Shown here: positions 29,010 through 31,849 of the stretch, one piece after another
Numbering within the stretch: position 1 is the first letter of the stretch
Layout: each line of letters begins with the position of its first letter
Source of the DNA: Nitrososphaeraceae archaeon
Lineage (GTDB): Archaea > Thermoproteota > Nitrososphaeria > Nitrososphaerales > Nitrososphaeraceae
NCBI GenBank assembly: GCA_044870765.1
Contig: JBIOZG010000016.1
Span: 1 to 31,849, forward strand
DNA length: 31,849 nt
Reading direction: 5' to 3'
Made by a program: the position numbers and the translations under genes
Notes under the pieces: generated by a model
Databases searched by the model: none
Told to the model about the DNA's origin: nothing
What the model saw: only the letters and a program-made list of their open reading frames with translations

Positions 29010-29903
29010 GTGAAAATTTTTGTCTCATACTCCAGAAGAGATGCGCGTGATTTCGCAGAACAAATCTCTGAAACGTTAGAAGATGAGCACGATGTTTTTA
29101 CTGACATAGACGATATTGAGGCAGGTGATATTTGGACTAATATTATTGAGGACAATATTTCCACAAGTGATATCTTTATTGTAATCCTTACTTTTGCTTC
29201 TTTAAGGAGTTCTGAAGTTGAAAAAGAAGTACTACAAGCACAAAAGAAGAGCAAGAAAATAATTCCATGCGTTGATAGAGGCATAGAAATAAACCAGCTA
29301 AAATGGGATTTAGGAAAGTTTCAAGGAATTGAATTTAGCAGTAAGTATGAGCTGGCTAGAGAAGTTTATAGGAAGATTCAACATCATCAGCAAAACCCCC
29401 CTAAAGAAGAGCCTTCAGTGCAACCGGTGAAGGAAAAACCTTCAGTACAACCGGTGAAGGTGGACCATTCAGTACAACCGGTGAAGGAAAAACGATCAAA
29501 ACCAACCAAGTTGATTTTGATGAGTGCTGCAATTGTTTCAATAATTTTGGTCCTTCTTTTAATATATCATAACCAAATTCCACTAGATATCGATCAATTT
29601 ATTACCACAAATAAGAACACGGCTGTCAACAGTAATCCCGTAGCTAAAGATCAATCTATTACTACCAATACGGACACGGAAGTAGAAATTACATTGAAGG
29701 CCACTGATAAAGACAATAATGACTTAACGGCTGCCATAGTGGACAAGCCAAGACACGGAAGCCTAAGTAGTATAAACCAGGCTACAGGTGCTATAACATA
29801 TAAGCCTAATTCTGGGTTTGATGGCTCTGATAAATTCACGTTCAAAGTAAACGATGGGAAAGCGGATAGCAACAATGGAATAGTCAGTATAAGAGTAAAG
29901 TAG
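29010..29903 (+). CDS. TIR domain - repeat linker - TM - Ig/cadherin-like (Big_9-type) domain protein
   Basis: TIR: KIFVSYSRRD, DIEAGDIW...I...I..SDIFIVILT..SL.S.EV.KEV..A...KKIIP. TM: LILMSAAIVSIILVLLLIY. Ig-like: NSNPVA.DQSITT..DT.V.ITL.ATD.D...P.HG.L...TY.PN.GF.GSD.FTFKVNDG. Confidence 0.88.
   Translation: MKIFVSYSRRDARDFAEQISETLEDEHDVFTDIDDIEAGDIWTNIIEDNISTSDIFIVILTFASLRSSEVEKEVLQAQKKSKKIIPCVDRGIEINQLKWDLGKFQGIEFSSKYELAREVYRKIQHHQQNPPKEEPSVQPVKEKPSVQPVKVDHSVQPVKEKRSKPTKLILMSAAIVSIILVLLLIYHNQIPLDIDQFITTNKNTAVNSNPVAKDQSITTNTDTEVEITLKATDKDNNDLTAAIVDKPRHGSLSSINQATGAITYKPNSGFDGSDKFTFKVNDGKADSNNGIVSIRVK
29406..29493 (+). repeat. 27-bp tandem repeat x3 (xxxSVQPVK) in the TIR-TM linker
   Basis: ttcagt(g/a)caaccggtgaagg at 29414, 29441 and 29468. 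Confidence 0.9.
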
Positions 29904-29971
29904 CAACTCTGAGATTAATTGTTAAACTATAAATTCTCTTCTATATCTCACAATGGAGGATTTCTTCATCG

Positions 29972-30580
29972 TCAAGACACAGCTTCAGGAAAGCGATTTA
30001 AAAGATATCCCGCAAAGGCAAGTCCCCACACTAGCATTGGATACACAATCATCCTTTCCATTCCTCCAACACCAAGCCCCAAGTTATTGCCTGTGGTGAA
30101 GAGCAGCAAGGTAACGAGGGTTAGTACCCCCAGTATGATAGAAACATAATTCAGTGGAGACCGTACTATTCTGTACGACATTAGTGCAGTAAGTCCCATG
30201 AAAATAAATGTTATAAACGCGGCGACGAGATGGCTGATGCCTGTGGTTTCAGGGAACAAACCCACACCTATCGCTCCGAATCCCGCAAGAAGTATGAAGA
30301 GTGAAAAGACCTTTTTGGTAAATGCTCTCTGGAGGTAATATGCACTAATGACCACTAAACTTCCAAGGATAATGATTGAACTATTGAATATGAAAGAAGA
30401 CGGTTGGACAATAGTGCAGGTGCCAGAAGGGAATTTACAAGTAGCACCCAAATCACTGATATAGTTCTGAGACGTGCTGTAATTTGGATACAGATCCTCG
30501 GCTATCTGGAGCAAGAGAATAAACTGTGCCAGTCCTACGAGAAGTACTGTGCCCGCCATTCGGTGTGATGAATATGTCAT
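29972..30580 (-). CDS. DUF998 family membrane protein
   Basis: YP.YS...NYISDLG, GVGLFPE...H...A.I.F, LG.GGMER.IVYP...W; about 5 TM segments. Confidence 0.85.
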   Translation of the reverse strand: MTYSSHRMAGTVLLVGLAQFILLLQIAEDLYPNYSTSQNYISDLGATCKFPSGTCTIVQPSSFIFNSSIIILGSLVVISAYYLQRAFTKKVFSLFILLAGFGAIGVGLFPETTGISHLVAAFITFIFMGLTALMSYRIVRSPLNYVSIILGVLTLVTLLLFTTGNNLGLGVGGMERMIVYPMLVWGLAFAGYLLNRFPEAVS

Positions 30581-30896
30581 TCGATCTTATGTTAAGGAAT
30601 GGCTGCATATTAATAAAAATTAGCTTTAAGAATTCGTCATTTTCCTTCGACTTACTTCATGTATGCTACAACATCTAGATCAAACTTTTTTATATGTGTA
30701 ACAATCCCTTGCACACTCTTTTTATTTATTCAAAATATTCCACATTCCAGCGTAACAAGGAAAACTATTTCGCAAATGTGCTATATCTGGCTTGTATTGA
30801 TATTATTTGTTTCCCTCATCTAAGTATTCGAATAATTTATGTATAATTATCTTAAATTGCTTGTACAACTGTTACTCTTTTAAGAAATAATCTCAT

Positions 30897-31742
30897 TTAT
30901 GCTTCCTTATTTCTTTCATCACAGGAAAAGTAATTAGAATCCTCACATTTACGAAATAAAGGTTCTATACCGTACTTGGATAAATACCTCTCAATCTCAC
31001 ATCTACTATTTGTGCCTAGATAGATTGGACATTGCTCTTCCCATAACCTATATTCTATTTTCCATTTGTTACAATTGTTGTCCATTCCTGCCAAAGCATG
31101 ATTTGAAGTGTTTATGAAAACTACAGGTCTATAACGATTGTTACTAAAATAGTGGTCGATAATTACTGCACACTTGTTGCAATGAATGCTGTCCTTTTCC
31201 AATTTATTAATTCCACTATAAATATTAGGAAAATCAAACTTTGCTGGGATTCCATCTTCCAGTACAATGGAGAAAGATTCTACATCAAAAGTTCTTCCGT
31301 GTCTTAATTTTCTAAATATCCTATATATACAATCCAACCAAGCATTCTCACGGAGCCGTTCGTCATTATAAACTATTGTTACTAATATTTTATTCTCAGT
31401 ATCAGATGGGGCTAAGTGAATTTCTTGAATATAGTTACGTACGCGTTCACCGCTTAAATCTCTAGCAGGATGATATATCACTGGTTGAATATTGATATCC
31501 AGTTTCGTCTGTCTATTATGAGCATTAACAGGCGAAAAATGCAGAGAGTTATCTTTTATCTTAACAGATTCTAGCTTGATAGATTCAAGTATCTTTGTCA
31601 TAATACCTTTAGCTGTATTATTAACATCTTTCCATAGCCATATTTTATGCTGCGTATCAAGATAGAGAACCCAACAATCCCTCTTATCTCCAATTCCCTT
31701 TTTCCCATACAGTTGTTCCTCCATTTTTTCTTCATGAATCAC
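30897..31742 (-). CDS. Hypothetical soluble protein
   Basis: 281-aa ORF with conserved-looking motifs (PVIYHP, GRTFDVESF, FPNIYSG, VFINTSNHA); family not recognised. Confidence 0.7.
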   Translation of the reverse strand: MIHEEKMEEQLYGKKGIGDKRDCWVLYLDTQHKIWLWKDVNNTAKGIMTKILESIKLESVKIKDNSLHFSPVNAHNRQTKLDINIQPVIYHPARDLSGERVRNYIQEIHLAPSDTENKILVTIVYNDERLRENAWLDCIYRIFRKLRHGRTFDVESFSIVLEDGIPAKFDFPNIYSGINKLEKDSIHCNKCAVIIDHYFSNNRYRPVVFINTSNHALAGMDNNCNKWKIEYRLWEEQCPIYLGTNSRCEIERYLSKYGIEPLFRKCEDSNYFSCDERNKEA

Positions 31743-31849
31743 ATTAGGTAGTAAAGAAATTTTTACATCAAAATGTATTACATAATGAAGAGTGTATCTA
31801 TTTAATTTTGAACCTGCATTCCGACTTTTCTTATCCCAACGTAATTTGG

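Noticed and set aside
29406-29493. 27-bp repeats considered as a mini-CRISPR
   Set aside because: Directly tandem, in-frame coding linker with no spacers.
16127-29875. Numerous short antisense or nested ORFs in the track (e.g. 16571..16882, 17264..17578, 28979..29284, 29651..29875)
   Set aside because: They overlap well-supported genes on the opposite strand and carry no motifs.

Overview
AT-rich prokaryotic accessory region, most likely from a soil ammonia-oxidising archaeon (Nitrososphaeraceae). This is inferred from BRE/TATA-like boxes about 20-35 bp upstream of many apparently leaderless starts, a small C2H2 protein and the general gene style; the window has no marker gene. I saw no rRNA, tRNA, CRISPR array, transposase or integrase. 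The main feature is a four-gene, same-strand candidate defence/conflict cluster (about 14.9-21.4 kb): tandem-SLATT membrane protein, DrHyd/NDT-like + TPR (DUF4071-type) protein, TIR-SIR2 fusion, and nSTAND1 NTPase-TM-TPR protein. It sits divergently from a ParB / DOHH-like HEAT / PQ-loop trio, and a separate TIR-TM-Ig receptor-like gene lies at 29 kb. Also present are a Streptomyces-style melC1/melC2 (caddie + tyrosinase) operon with a His-rich caddie, a membrane-anchored intradiol dioxygenase, a SnoaL-like cyclase, an MFS transporter and an extended GMC oxidoreductase with a coupled partner. There are two or three paralogs of an unknown beta-rich protein family, a twice-occurring perfect palindrome (TTTTCGGCGCCGAAAA) and a 27-bp dispersed direct repeat. 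All domain calls come from motif recognition by eye, not database searches.
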